The translations under genes were made by a program, and so were the position numbers. Positions 10,738 to 20,519 of a stretch of 64,000 bases of DNA are shown here, one piece after another; the first letter of the stretch is position 1; the number at the start of each line of letters is the position of its first letter. Below the pieces are notes generated by a model that was not told where the DNA came from, ran no database searches, and worked only from the letters and a program-made list of their open reading frames with translations. Origin of the DNA: an uncultured Pseudomonadota bacterium (GTDB lineage Bacteria; Oederibacteriota; Muellerivitia; Muellerivitales; Muellerivitaceae); the NCBI GenBank assembly GCA_963836235.1, contig CAWIIP010000001.1, forward strand, positions 480,001-544,000, written 5' to 3'.

Positions 10738-13632
10738 TTATTTTGCGGGCGTCATTTCAATGCAAGTAATGGAATAAGGAGGGAAAGTGTATTCAAAGCG
10801 TCCCTTCACCACCTTGGAACCTTTTAAATGGGCGGGTCCAGAGTCGATGACCGCCCGGTAAAGATTCTCGCTCCATTGGTACTCTTTGGAACTCAATTCG
10901 TAAAAGTCTAAATGAAACTTATTTTTGAGGGGTGAGCCGAGATTGATGGCCGTTTGGAAGGCGTATTTCGGCGTTTTATTGATCACCAAAAGGTATTTTT
11001 TTCCTTCACCGGAACTGGCATAGGCGGAAAGCTCATCGGAATCGGAGACCGCTTGGAAAAGCGTGGTCCCAAAATAGTGCTCCATCATATAGAGAGCCCA
11101 ATAATGTGCCCTTGGAGCGAAAGGATGTTGCGGATCGTTGTTGGGGTCAATCATACCGTGTCCCCCGCCCTGTCCAGGCTTCTCGGTAAACATATCCCAA
11201 ATATTGGTTTGATTCACTCCCCAAACCATCATTTGAGCCAGATAATCGGCGCAAAAGATTCCGTTGATGAGTTTGGCCGTAGCGGGAACTTCGTCGCCCG
11301 AATTCCACTCGCTGACGGCGATTTCAATTTTATCCGCGCGGTCTGGAATGTTTTTGGCAATGGCTTCCCTGATTTTCGGGATGTATTCGGCCCAAAGACT
11401 TGTCTTGGATAAGAGGTTGGAGTCGCTGTCATTGCTCCAATAGGGATAAGTGTGAATTGAAACGACATCTACATAAGGTCCGCATTCTTCTAAGAACTTT
11501 TCTACCCACCAAGGCGCGGTTTCAGGCGCCAGCCAGGGAGAACCCTCTTTTCTTTCATGGTTCTGGAATTGAGCGGGGGTCGGTCCCATGATTTTGATGT
11601 CCGGGTATTTAGCCTTAATGGCTTTTGCGAATTCAATAAAATGCTGGCAATAATTGTCGATGACTGTCCAATATTGAGTCTGGCCGTTGTACTGCATGTC
11701 CGCCTCATAATCCGGCTCGTTTCCCAATTCGACATATTTGACCTTAAGGCCTTGGGCTTTGGCGTCCGCGATCCAATCGAGGGTATTCTGGACGTCCATG
11801 GTCATGATATTGGCGATATAGAGGAACTCCCCGTTAGGAAGCCGTTTAATGAAATCAACCATTTGTGGCCAACCAAAAGGCCAAACAGTTTGAACGGTCT
11901 TTCCGTCCTTTTGAAGGGATGAGCTGGTCTTCCACTGCCAGATGTTTCCGTACTCCCCGCCCGGAATTCGGACATAGGAGGTGATATCCGTCATTTCCTT
12001 CATAGCCGTGGGGTCCGTAAACCACTTAGGATCATGCCAAGCGGCGATATTGTTTCCAAACATATAATGGCGATTGATTGTCCGGATTTTTTTATCGAAG
12101 AAAACATCCACGGCAGCCCTTTTCACCAAAGACGTTTCGGGTTCCAAAGCCACCGCCCAATTGTTTGCCTTTGAAGCGGAAACAGTGACGCTCTCTTTAT
12201 CAAGTTTGTACCCAGGCGCGAAAACTTCAGCCGTATAGCTGTCTTCGGGTAAATCCATCTTGAAAGAACCGGCGTCGTCGGCCGTCACTAGTTTTTTGGC
12301 GATGGCCACTTGGGCGCCCGGAATAGGGTTCCCGGTGGTTTTGTTGGTGACTTTCCCTGACAAAGAGGTTGCGGCGCCTTTCATAATCCCACGAATGTTA
12401 TCCAAAACCACCGAACCGACAATGGGTCCGCCCGAATTGAAAACGAGATAAACCTTGTTCACTCCACCTTTAAACTGGGTTGAATCCACATCCTCCTTCA
12501 TGTGATTCCAGCCTTCCCGCATTTTCATCTTGATCTCATTCCAACTATTGGCCGGGCTCTGCGTAATGATGTAAAGTTCCCCGTAACCAGCCTTGGCCAA
12601 ACTCCCCTTGGGATAGTAAATATCAAAAGTAATCGCTTTAAAATTTTCCCACTTATCCCCCATGGGCACGGCGGAACAGATCGCTAAGCTTTGGTTCCAA
12701 CCTTGAGACCCATCGGTATCAATTCGCAAAGCTCCGGTTCCCTCGGTTACGGTCGTGGCTTCGGGTGACACCTTTCCTTCAAAACCACCGACATCACCAT
12801 TAAAACCCCAAATTAAAACACCCTCTGTAGAAGCCTCTTTCTTGCCAACTGTGGGATCCATCTCAGTAGATTGAGACCCCGGCATAGCTTGTTTGGGGGC
12901 GGTATTCGCATACACCGTCTGGCCGTTGAATTGAAGGGTTCCCCAACCGGATGGGTCCTGCCAGCTTTTGTCGCTTTGGGACCAGGATAATTGAAGTGTC
13001 CGGGTCTTCCCCGTAGCGCCCACGTCGTCTAAAGCTACATCAAACCCAATGGTTTTACCGGGCCCCACATTAATCTTATAAAAAAAGGAAAGGGGGATGG
13101 AAACTTCCATCGTATATCCTGTTTTGGTCATCTTAGTGGCGATCTTGGCGTTCGGAATATCCGCTTGGTCGGTCATGCTGTAAACTTCAGCCCCGTCTCC
13201 ATTCTTTCCGGGCGAGATAACAAATTGAACATCGGTTGGGGAGTAAGCCTTTCTTTCGGGATTAGATAAATCCGTGCCGACATAAAATTCCAATGCGTCA
13301 CCGTTATAGATGTCGCTGGCGTTCATGCTGTTGAATTGGGGATTTTTACTGGTGATATCCGCCCCGATATAAAGATTGGTCTGGTCGTAGGTGAGATAAA
13401 TTCGGGCGCTGGCGATATCAGGCCCGGTCCAATCACCCTGTCCGATAACGACATTTTCTTTTTTATCCAGTGTAATAGCCGGTTGAGCCGTCCAATCAGA
13501 CAAGTCCCCATCGACCTGAATAGGAGTGGCGATGTCGGAAATGGAAACGGTCGGGGCCGCGATAATTTTCGCTGGAAAATAAATCAAAACAGTTGCTAAG
13601 AAAAACCAATGGCACAATTTTAGGATTTTCAT
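10738..13632 (-). CDS. Secreted multimodular glycoside hydrolase: CBM9-like, second CBM-like, carboxypeptidase-regulatory-like, then a clan GH-A catalytic domain (GH44/GH51/GH79-like)
   Basis: Signal peptide; CBM9-like motifs (VDGDLSDW, YDQTNLYIG, GDALEFY, GYTMEVSIP, IGFDVALDD); SGKVT..GNPIPGAQV; catalytic RIPGG, ELGNEPD (acid/base) and IAVSEWN (nucleophile). Confidence 0.78.
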   Translation of the reverse strand: MKILKLCHWFFLATVLIYFPAKIIAAPTVSISDIATPIQVDGDLSDWTAQPAITLDKKENVVIGQGDWTGPDIASARIYLTYDQTNLYIGADITSKNPQFNSMNASDIYNGDALEFYVGTDLSNPERKAYSPTDVQFVISPGKNGDGAEVYSMTDQADIPNAKIATKMTKTGYTMEVSIPLSFFYKINVGPGKTIGFDVALDDVGATGKTRTLQLSWSQSDKSWQDPSGWGTLQFNGQTVYANTAPKQAMPGSQSTEMDPTVGKKEASTEGVLIWGFNGDVGGFEGKVSPEATTVTEGTGALRIDTDGSQGWNQSLAICSAVPMGDKWENFKAITFDIYYPKGSLAKAGYGELYIITQSPANSWNEIKMKMREGWNHMKEDVDSTQFKGGVNKVYLVFNSGGPIVGSVVLDNIRGIMKGAATSLSGKVTNKTTGNPIPGAQVAIAKKLVTADDAGSFKMDLPEDSYTAEVFAPGYKLDKESVTVSASKANNWAVALEPETSLVKRAAVDVFFDKKIRTINRHYMFGNNIAAWHDPKWFTDPTAMKEMTDITSYVRIPGGEYGNIWQWKTSSSLQKDGKTVQTVWPFGWPQMVDFIKRLPNGEFLYIANIMTMDVQNTLDWIADAKAQGLKVKYVELGNEPDYEADMQYNGQTQYWTVIDNYCQHFIEFAKAIKAKYPDIKIMGPTPAQFQNHERKEGSPWLAPETAPWWVEKFLEECGPYVDVVSIHTYPYWSNDSDSNLLSKTSLWAEYIPKIREAIAKNIPDRADKIEIAVSEWNSGDEVPATAKLINGIFCADYLAQMMVWGVNQTNIWDMFTEKPGQGGGHGMIDPNNDPQHPFAPRAHYWALYMMEHYFGTTLFQAVSDSDELSAYASSGEGKKYLLVINKTPKYAFQTAINLGSPLKNKFHLDFYELSSKEYQWSENLYRAVIDSGPAHLKGSKVVKGRFEYTFPPYSITCIEMTPAK

Positions 13633-13674
13633 AGGAAGGTTTCCTTTTTTCGGGTTGGGTTCGAGTAGCAGGCA

Positions 13675-13703
13675 TTTATAACATCAATCCCAAGGGCCTT
13701 CAA
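13675..13703 (-). promoter_or_regulatory. Sigma-70-type promoter of the glycoside hydrolase gene
   Basis: Minus strand TTGAAG-17 bp-TATAAA with an extended -10 TG. Confidence 0.45.
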
Positions 13704-13743
13704 CGCCTTTTCGGAATGTTTGGGCTCAGCAAAAAAGCGCTTT

Positions 13744-14784
13744 TTAGCTTTTTTGATTGTGGGAGTTTTTTAAATAATAGCCACAACTTTCACGTACTAC
13801 CAATTTGGTGGGGAAAAACCGGTGAGTGTATTCAAGGGGCCGTTTTTCAATTTGGGTCCAAAGCATTTTGGCGGCCTCATAACCCATGTCAAAAGCCGGT
13901 TGATGGACTGTTGTTAAATTATTGTCATTGGAGATGTCATCAAACCCGACGACGGCGACATCTTGTGGAACCCTTATACCTTGTTTGCGGAGTTGGCGGA
14001 TAGCTCCTAATGCCATGATATCACTGGAACCTATTATGGCCGTGGGAGGATGTTTGGTTTTCCAAAAGGCTTCAACCGCTTTGGCGCCAGCTTGTTCAGT
14101 CCAGTTACCGAAATAAACATGTTCCTCATGAAACGGAAGATTTCTTTTTTTAAGGATATATTTGAACGCATTAAACCGATCCAGCGAATTTTTAGAATAC
14201 TGGACATCACCCGCAATAAAGCCAATATGTTTGTGATCCAAAGAGACAAGGTGATCCACTACATCGATGATTCCTTGAGTATTCAAACAATCGACAAAAC
14301 AAACATCCGGATCATTGACCTGGTAATTCACCAATACATAAGGCAAGGCGCCTTGTTTAAGATCCTGGAAAAAGCGAGATTCAACTGGAGGCGCGATCGC
14401 GAGGACTCCGTCCACAAGACCGGAATTGATGAAATTCGCGTAAATGCCTTCGTTCTGGACTTGCCTGCTAAATGTGTTCATTAGAATGTTGTAACGTTTA
14501 TCGCTGATATAACTGATAACCCCGTCAAGAACCCGAGTGAGATAGAAATCGGTCAAGGACGGCTTTTCATACCAAAAGAAAACAACCCCAATATTAAAAG
14601 TCTTCCGGGTTTTGAGACCCCGGGCCATGCTATTGGGATAATAACCAAGTTCTTTTAGGATTTTCTCAATTCTTTGTTGAGTTTTAACACCCACCTTGTG
14701 AATGTCTTTTTGATTCACGACTCTCGAAACAGTCGCGACAGATACCCCGGCTTTTTGGGCAACATCTTTAATGGTAATTGCCAT
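13744..14784 (-). CDS. LacI-family transcriptional regulator
   Basis: TIKDVAQKAGVSVATVSRVVN HTH, YYPNSMARGL hinge, VPQDVAVVGFDD, LTTVHQP, LVVRES. Confidence 0.95.
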   Translation of the reverse strand: MAITIKDVAQKAGVSVATVSRVVNQKDIHKVGVKTQQRIEKILKELGYYPNSMARGLKTRKTFNIGVVFFWYEKPSLTDFYLTRVLDGVISYISDKRYNILMNTFSRQVQNEGIYANFINSGLVDGVLAIAPPVESRFFQDLKQGALPYVLVNYQVNDPDVCFVDCLNTQGIIDVVDHLVSLDHKHIGFIAGDVQYSKNSLDRFNAFKYILKKRNLPFHEEHVYFGNWTEQAGAKAVEAFWKTKHPPTAIIGSSDIMALGAIRQLRKQGIRVPQDVAVVGFDDISNDNNLTTVHQPAFDMGYEAAKMLWTQIEKRPLEYTHRFFPTKLVVRESCGYYLKNSHNQKS

Positions 14785-14869
14785 TTAGTTTCGCCTCTGG
14801 TTTTTAAATACTAAATTCTTTGGTCATTATAATCTTTATTCAACCCAAAGCCCCAATAACTTTTTACAC

Positions 14870-15343
14870 TTACTTCACCACTTTAACTTTTAACATTTTA
14901 TCGCCTTTTCGGAGTTTCAGAACATTGTCCATTCCATCTAAAACTTGGCCAAAAACAGTGTAACCATTGTCCAAAAAATAGGAGTCAGCCAAGCAAATAT
15001 AAAATTGGCAGGAGGCGGAATTGGGATTCTGCGACCGAGCCATTCCCAAAGCCCCCTTAACATGTTTATGATCCGTGATTTCCAAAGGAACCGTTTTATT
15101 CGATCCCCCCATTCCAGTTCCCGTGGGATCACCGCCTTGAATAACAAAGTTGGGTTCATACCGGTGAAAAATCAGGTCGTTGTAAAAACCCGCGGAAACC
15201 AAGCTGATAAAGTTTTCCGCATGAGCCTTCACATCGGAAAAAATCTCCGTTGTAAAAATTCCCTGAGTTGTTTCAAAATGCACTTTTTGATTTACAGGAC
15301 TTTTTTTACTGACTGGTTTAGCTTTTTTCTTTTTTTTCTTCAT
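14870..15343 (-). CDS. Cyclophilin-type peptidyl-prolyl cis-trans isomerase with a Lys-rich N-terminal tail
   Basis: FHRYEPNFVIQGGDPTGTG, GALGMAR, SASCQFYI, YTVFGQV. Start set at ATG 15343 (MKKKKKKAK), preceded by GGAG. Confidence 0.9.
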   Translation of the reverse strand: MKKKKKKAKPVSKKSPVNQKVHFETTQGIFTTEIFSDVKAHAENFISLVSAGFYNDLIFHRYEPNFVIQGGDPTGTGMGGSNKTVPLEITDHKHVKGALGMARSQNPNSASCQFYICLADSYFLDNGYTVFGQVLDGMDNVLKLRKGDKMLKVKVVK

Positions 15344-15544
15344 TTTTTCTCCCGATATTATCGCAGGTCGAAACCATCCAACCGTAAAAAAAACCACTGT
15401 AGAAGAAATCATAATAACGGAGACTCTTACAACCGTCATCTCACTTTCAAAAATTATATGTCATTGATAGACTCATTCAAACTCTCCGGAACGTACTCAA
15501 GGTGAAAAATGACACCTTTTACTTTAATTACGGTTCTTCCTTTC

Positions 15545-15573
15545 TTGACTTCCCAAGCCTCGTCCCCTAGAAT
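15545..15573 (+). promoter_or_regulatory. Sigma-70 promoter for tRNA-Glu
   Basis: TTGACT-17 bp-TAGAAT, 37 bp upstream of the tRNA. Confidence 0.7.
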
Positions 15574-15610
15574 TTGCTCTCTTTTAAAGGGCTTTTTCAA
15601 AAATCTAGTC

Positions 15611-15686
15611 GACCCCATCGTCTAGAGGCCTAGGACACCGGGTTTTCATCCCGGTAACACGGGTTCGACTCCCGTTGGGGTCGCCA
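15611..15686 (+). tRNA. tRNA-Glu (anticodon TTC)
   Basis: Acceptor stem GACCCCA/TGGGGTC, anticodon stem CCGGG/CCCGG with loop TT-TTC-AT, T-loop GTTCGACT, encoded CCA; 76 nt. Confidence 0.97.
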
Positions 15687-15763
15687 ATTACAAGTGGAAA
15701 TTCCAGGAATCTCTAAAGCGGTTGTAAACCCCACCTAAACATAATTAAAAAAGTGAGGATGAT

Positions 15764-16819
15764 ATGATTCGAGCGGGCATTTACGGTGCCACTGGATATA
15801 TGGGTGGCGAGGTTTTGCGGGTACTCATGGATCATCCGGAAGTTGAAATTGCCTGGGCCACCAGCCGAAGCGAAGCCCAAGTCGCCGATTATCACCCAAA
15901 TTTATTTGGTACCGATATTCAGTTTATTCGTCCTGAACACGTTACCCCTTGTGATGTTGTTTTTATGGCGCTTCCTACCGGCGTTCCAATGGAATTAGCT
16001 CCTAAATTTTTAAAAGAAGGAGCCAAAGTCATTGATTTGGGGTCGGATTTCCGTTTGAACGATCGATCGGCTTGGGAAAAGGTCTACAAGAAAAAGCATA
16101 AAAGCTGGAACCTCGCCAAGGAAGCGGTTTATGGGATTTCAGAATTGCACCGGGATGAAATAAAAAAGGCACGCGTTATCGCCAATCCCGGTTGCTTCGC
16201 TTCCGCCGCCATTTTAGGTCTCGCCCCTCTTGTTAAAGCCAATTTGATTGATACACAAAAAATCGCCGTCGACGGTCTTTCAGGAACAGCCGGGATTGGA
16301 GCGGATCTTTCGAGACCCGCGCACCATGCGGAAATCGGAAACAACCTAATTCCTTATAATGTAGTTGGGCACCGCCATACTTTTGAAGCCGAACAAGAAT
16401 TAAGCATTCTTGCGAAGAAAAAAGTAAAAATTGGTTTTACTCCGGTATATGTTCCGATCGTTCGCGGTATTTTGGATATCTGCCATTCTTTCCCCAAACG
16501 CAAGGTTACTCGGAAACAACTAATGGAACTTTACAAGGAATTTTACAAGAAGGAGTATTTCGTAAAAGTTTACGATTTACCTAAAGAAGAAAGTGCGTCC
16601 TGGCAATACAAACCTTACCCTTGGGTGAACAGCGTATCTGGAACCAATTTCTGTTTTATCGGCCTAGATGTGGATGAAGACCGGGGACGAATCGTGGTTT
16701 TCAGTGTTCTGGATAGCATCGGCAAAGGCGGATCGCACGTCGGGGTTCAGAATATGAACCTCATGTTTGGTCTGGATGAAAAAACCGGATTAACTCGCCG
16801 CGGGTTGCATCCGATCTGA
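15764..16819 (+). CDS. argC: N-acetyl-gamma-glutamyl-phosphate reductase family (ArgC/LysY)
   Basis: GATGYMG Rossmann motif, DVVFMALP, IDLGSDFRL, catalytic ANPGC, GHRH, KG..VQNMNLMFG. Confidence 0.85.
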   Translation: MIRAGIYGATGYMGGEVLRVLMDHPEVEIAWATSRSEAQVADYHPNLFGTDIQFIRPEHVTPCDVVFMALPTGVPMELAPKFLKEGAKVIDLGSDFRLNDRSAWEKVYKKKHKSWNLAKEAVYGISELHRDEIKKARVIANPGCFASAAILGLAPLVKANLIDTQKIAVDGLSGTAGIGADLSRPAHHAEIGNNLIPYNVVGHRHTFEAEQELSILAKKKVKIGFTPVYVPIVRGILDICHSFPKRKVTRKQLMELYKEFYKKEYFVKVYDLPKEESASWQYKPYPWVNSVSGTNFCFIGLDVDEDRGRIVVFSVLDSIGKGGSHVGVQNMNLMFGLDEKTGLTRRGLHPI

Positions 16820-16846
16820 TTATTTCTAGGTTATTTCCTAAAAGTT

Positions 16847-17236
16847 TTAGCGCTCCTCGCCCCAATCGATCTTTTCTATTTCCGCGTACAGAAACCCGTC
16901 TTTTTCCAAGATTGGAACTTGGTATAAAGAAGCTCCGCCACAAGGTCCACTTTCACATTGTCCGGTTACCGGGTGATAAAGTGCGCCATGATTTTTACAA
17001 ACAATCCATTCGGAATCTTCTGAAAAAAAATCATTGTCATCAAAATCAAGTCCCACTGTCCAATGACGGCAGAGATTCAGATAAGCGTGATAGTTGTTTT
17101 TTATTTTGATTAAAAACGCTTCGGTTTTACGATCAGGACGCTGGAGAATAAATTTTTTGGATTGTCCATTTTTCAAATCGTGAACAGACCCAATTTTCAA
17201 GAGTTTTAATTTTTTTTCAGGCATTAAAATCTTCAC
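16847..17236 (-). CDS. Rieske [2Fe-2S] ferredoxin-like protein
   Basis: CxH (NLCRHW) and CxxH (CKNHGALY) ligand motifs; GQCESGPC. Confidence 0.88.
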   Translation of the reverse strand: MKILMPEKKLKLLKIGSVHDLKNGQSKKFILQRPDRKTEAFLIKIKNNYHAYLNLCRHWTVGLDFDDNDFFSEDSEWIVCKNHGALYHPVTGQCESGPCGGASLYQVPILEKDGFLYAEIEKIDWGEER

Positions 17237-17246
17237 TCCCTATTTA

Positions 17247-18815
17247 TTACAACACTTGTCTGGTATTTCGATAGGCCCGGAAGCAAAAAATAGCAACGAT
17301 AACCCAACAAAGCCGGGGTAACCAGTTTCCCCATCGAGAATAAAGTGTAGGAGAACTATCCGCCAACAGAACATCCGCTTCTAATGTTGTTTCGTCAAAC
17401 AATGTCGTTGAACAAAGAATCTTTCCAAATGGGTTGGTAGCAAGACATACACCGGTGTTAGAAGCCCTTAGGAGCGGTTTTCGTTCTTCGGCAGACCTGA
17501 CCACTGCCATCATGGCATGCTGGTAGGCGGAAGCAGTTCGTCCATACCAGGCATCGTTGCTGATGTTGACCAATGCGTCAGCATTACTTTTAAAAGCCTG
17601 ATAAACATCGCCAGGGAAAATGACTTCATAACAAATCATGGGGGTGTATGAAAACCCAGAAACAGTGAACTTTTTGTATTCCTTTCCAAAATCAAAATTA
17701 CCTAAATCGCCAACAACGGGACCAAGAAAGGTGAGATATTTTTGGAATGGAACGAATTCACCAAAAGGCACTAAATGGCACTTGTGGTAAATGCCATCTG
17801 GTTTCCCTTTCGGTGTGAATTGAATGGCTGCGTTGTAATAATGGGTTCCCCCGCTCTTTTCTTGTGGGGCATCCAGACATCCGACCAGATGGGGTACTTT
17901 TGAATCCCTAACAATCGACTCAACACGGTTTAAGTCTTGGGATGTTCGCAAAAGGTATGAGGGGGCCGCCGTTTCCGGCCAAATTACCAAACTAGGGGTT
18001 AAATTTTTTGTTGTCTGAACAAGTTTTTTTAAACGATTGTAAGTGGCCGTCTCATTCTCCTTACTCCACTTCACGTCCTGGTCAATGCTTGGTTGCAATA
18101 AAACAACCGAACCGACTTTTTTAAGAGGGGTAGATTTTATTGTAAGTTCACCAAAAACGAGCACCACAAACAAAAGAATAAAAGGAAACGCAAAAGATTG
18201 CCATTTGACAGGTTGTGAATTTCCTGAGCTGTCTTTTGAAGATTCCAAAGCCTTAACCGCTAAATGGGCAAGCCAAACGTTGAACCAAACCATCAAGAAG
18301 GTAAGGCCATAAACTCCGGCCCAAGAAGTAAAGGTTAATATGATGGGATATGGAGCTTGGCTATAACCGAGTTCTCCCCATGAAAAACCACCCCATGGGC
18401 GACTTCCCCTAATATATTCCAATGCCACCCAAAGGAAAGGGGCACTCCAAACGCCCCAACCTGATTTCTCCACTAAAATCCTGTACATCCATCCAAATAA
18501 TAAAAAATAAAGGCTCAAATAAAAAACTAAAGCGGCCCAAGCCAATCCGCTTAGTGATTGCGCCGCCTCTAAGAAAGCGATCCAATAGAGAATTCCCCCA
18601 AATTGTACAAATCCGAATACCCAACCAAATAAAGCTCCTTGTCTTGGAGTCGTTTTGTGGAGGGCTATAAAAAAGGGTATTAAGCCAATCCACCCGAATG
18701 GTGCCGTAGAAGGTGTTAGGGTTTTTGCAAGAAAATTTGGAAAAGAAAAGCAGACAAGGAAGCCGCTCAACAGGCACAAAAGGAGCCGGTGAAAAAAGAA
18801 AATGTTAAATTTCAT
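17247..18815 (-). CDS. lnt: Apolipoprotein N-acyltransferase
   Basis: Multi-TM N-terminus, GGFSWGELGYSQ, and nitrilase triad motifs WPETA, K.HLVPFGE and ICYE; NDAWY, RASNTG. Confidence 0.95.
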   Translation of the reverse strand: MKFNIFFFHRLLLCLLSGFLVCFSFPNFLAKTLTPSTAPFGWIGLIPFFIALHKTTPRQGALFGWVFGFVQFGGILYWIAFLEAAQSLSGLAWAALVFYLSLYFLLFGWMYRILVEKSGWGVWSAPFLWVALEYIRGSRPWGGFSWGELGYSQAPYPIILTFTSWAGVYGLTFLMVWFNVWLAHLAVKALESSKDSSGNSQPVKWQSFAFPFILLFVVLVFGELTIKSTPLKKVGSVVLLQPSIDQDVKWSKENETATYNRLKKLVQTTKNLTPSLVIWPETAAPSYLLRTSQDLNRVESIVRDSKVPHLVGCLDAPQEKSGGTHYYNAAIQFTPKGKPDGIYHKCHLVPFGEFVPFQKYLTFLGPVVGDLGNFDFGKEYKKFTVSGFSYTPMICYEVIFPGDVYQAFKSNADALVNISNDAWYGRTASAYQHAMMAVVRSAEERKPLLRASNTGVCLATNPFGKILCSTTLFDETTLEADVLLADSSPTLYSRWGNWLPRLCWVIVAIFCFRAYRNTRQVL

Positions 18816-18906
18816 TTTTGCAGTATAGCAGTTGGGTCAATAAAATTTCGAACCCACTTGAGTTATGAGAATTCAGAAATTTCGGGGGAAAAAATAAAAC
18901 TCAATT

Positions 18907-19977
18907 TCACTTGGCGGATTTTCGGGGCTTTCCTGTGGATTCGCGGATGATCAATTCAACATCAAACCCACGATGGAGATATTCAATCGGTTTTTTATTC
19001 AAAAAAGCGTGGGCCAAGGAAACCGAGGCTTTCCCCATTTCAAGGAGTGGTTGATGGAGGGTGGTCAAAGAAGGATCGGCTAAACGGGCGACATAGGTGT
19101 CGTCAAACCCGACAATCGACATATCCTCCGGAACGGATTTCCCCCGATGACGGACGGCCTTAATCACCCCTATGGCCATCGTATCGGAAACACAGCAAAT
19201 CGCGGTTAGATCGGGAAAACCTTCCATTAATTCTTTGGCGACTTGGTATCCTGCGTCCATCGTAAAGGCATCGGGTTTTACATGGGAATATCCTACTTGG
19301 TTTTCCTGGTAAGGAATATTGTTATCCCTTAGAGCATCCCGGTAACCCGCCAACCGGTCTTGGCAAATTTTAAGATGTTCCGGACCATTGACGAATCCAA
19401 TTTTTTTGTGCCCAAGAGAAATTAAATAGTTTACCGCTTTATAAATTCCCTTTCTGTCTTCCGCGTGCAAGGTGGGGATTTTTTCCAAAAGATGATTGGG
19501 ACCTTCGATCGAAACTGGCTGGAGAATAATCAATGGGAGTTCTTCCTTTTGGAACCGATCAAGGACGGCATCTTCCATCGGCACCGACAAAGCAATGACT
19601 CCATCAATTCGCCTTTCACCCAATATCCGATCATAAAAATCGTTAAAGTCTTCCAAACTTCCATTGCAATTATAAATTTTCAAATCTACATTGGCGTGTC
19701 GACATTCCATTTCGATACCACGAATGATCTCGTTGTAATAGGGGGAATCAAACATGGTTCCAAAAATTCCAATGGTGTTTGTCCGGGACATCACTAAACT
19801 ACGGGCGGCCACATTGGGGTAATAATTAAATTTTTTAATCGCGGCCATTACCTTTTCACGAGTTTCCGCTGAAATCCTCGGATTTTGGTTGATGACCATC
19901 GAAACGGTAGTGTGGGAGACGCCACAGAATTTAGCTATTTGCTTTAGGGTAGCCCGAGTTTTACTTCCGCTTATCAT
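18907..19977 (-). CDS. LacI-family transcriptional regulator
   Basis: TLKQIAKFCGVSHTTVSMVIN HTH, YYPNVAARSL, VPEDMSIVGFDD, LTTLHQP, LIIREST. Confidence 0.95.
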   Translation of the reverse strand: MISGSKTRATLKQIAKFCGVSHTTVSMVINQNPRISAETREKVMAAIKKFNYYPNVAARSLVMSRTNTIGIFGTMFDSPYYNEIIRGIEMECRHANVDLKIYNCNGSLEDFNDFYDRILGERRIDGVIALSVPMEDAVLDRFQKEELPLIILQPVSIEGPNHLLEKIPTLHAEDRKGIYKAVNYLISLGHKKIGFVNGPEHLKICQDRLAGYRDALRDNNIPYQENQVGYSHVKPDAFTMDAGYQVAKELMEGFPDLTAICCVSDTMAIGVIKAVRHRGKSVPEDMSIVGFDDTYVARLADPSLTTLHQPLLEMGKASVSLAHAFLNKKPIEYLHRGFDVELIIRESTGKPRKSAK

Positions 19978-20023
19978 ATCGTTTTCATACCTTTTTAATT
20001 ATTTTGACCAGACTAAATAAAAG

Positions 20024-20428
20024 TTACTTGGTTGTTCCAGGTGCAGGTTCAACATTTTTCGAAACACCCGGCACACTTTGCGGCGCGGGATTCACCGGCA
20101 CTTTAGAATTGGGTGCCGATTGCGCGCCTGGAGCAGCAGCTTGAGCTGGCATCGGTGCCGCCTGTTGCTGTTGTTTTTCAATTATGTCCGTAACTGAGCT
20201 CGTTGGCTGTTGGAACCTGGGCAAAGCAGCCATTAACAAACAAAGAGCCATAAAAAAACCGGCCAAAATCGTCGTGAACTTAGTCCAAAAAGATTTTCCA
20301 CTAGTTCCCAAAAGACTTTGTCCTGTACCAGAAAACAACCCCCCCGCCGTTTTGGGTTGTTGAATCAGAACAACCCCTATTAAAAACAATGCGGTCAAAA
20401 CAAAAAGAAGGGTAACGAAGAAACTCAT
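20024..20428 (-). CDS. secG: Preprotein translocase subunit SecG with a Pro/Ala/Gln-rich C-terminal tail
   Basis: Two TM helices linked by LIQQPKTAGGLFSG..LLG..FWTKFT; located directly after tpiA. Confidence 0.9.
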   Translation of the reverse strand: MSFFVTLLFVLTALFLIGVVLIQQPKTAGGLFSGTGQSLLGTSGKSFWTKFTTILAGFFMALCLLMAALPRFQQPTSSVTDIIEKQQQQAAPMPAQAAAPGAQSAPNSKVPVNPAPQSVPGVSKNVEPAPGTTK

Positions 20429-20519
20429 ATAACTCCTTTAAACTGTTTAAGTGTTTTTATTTTAATTGAAACCCAGCCTAATATGCCAACAAAACTTTTC
20501 AACCACAAATGGTTTCCGC

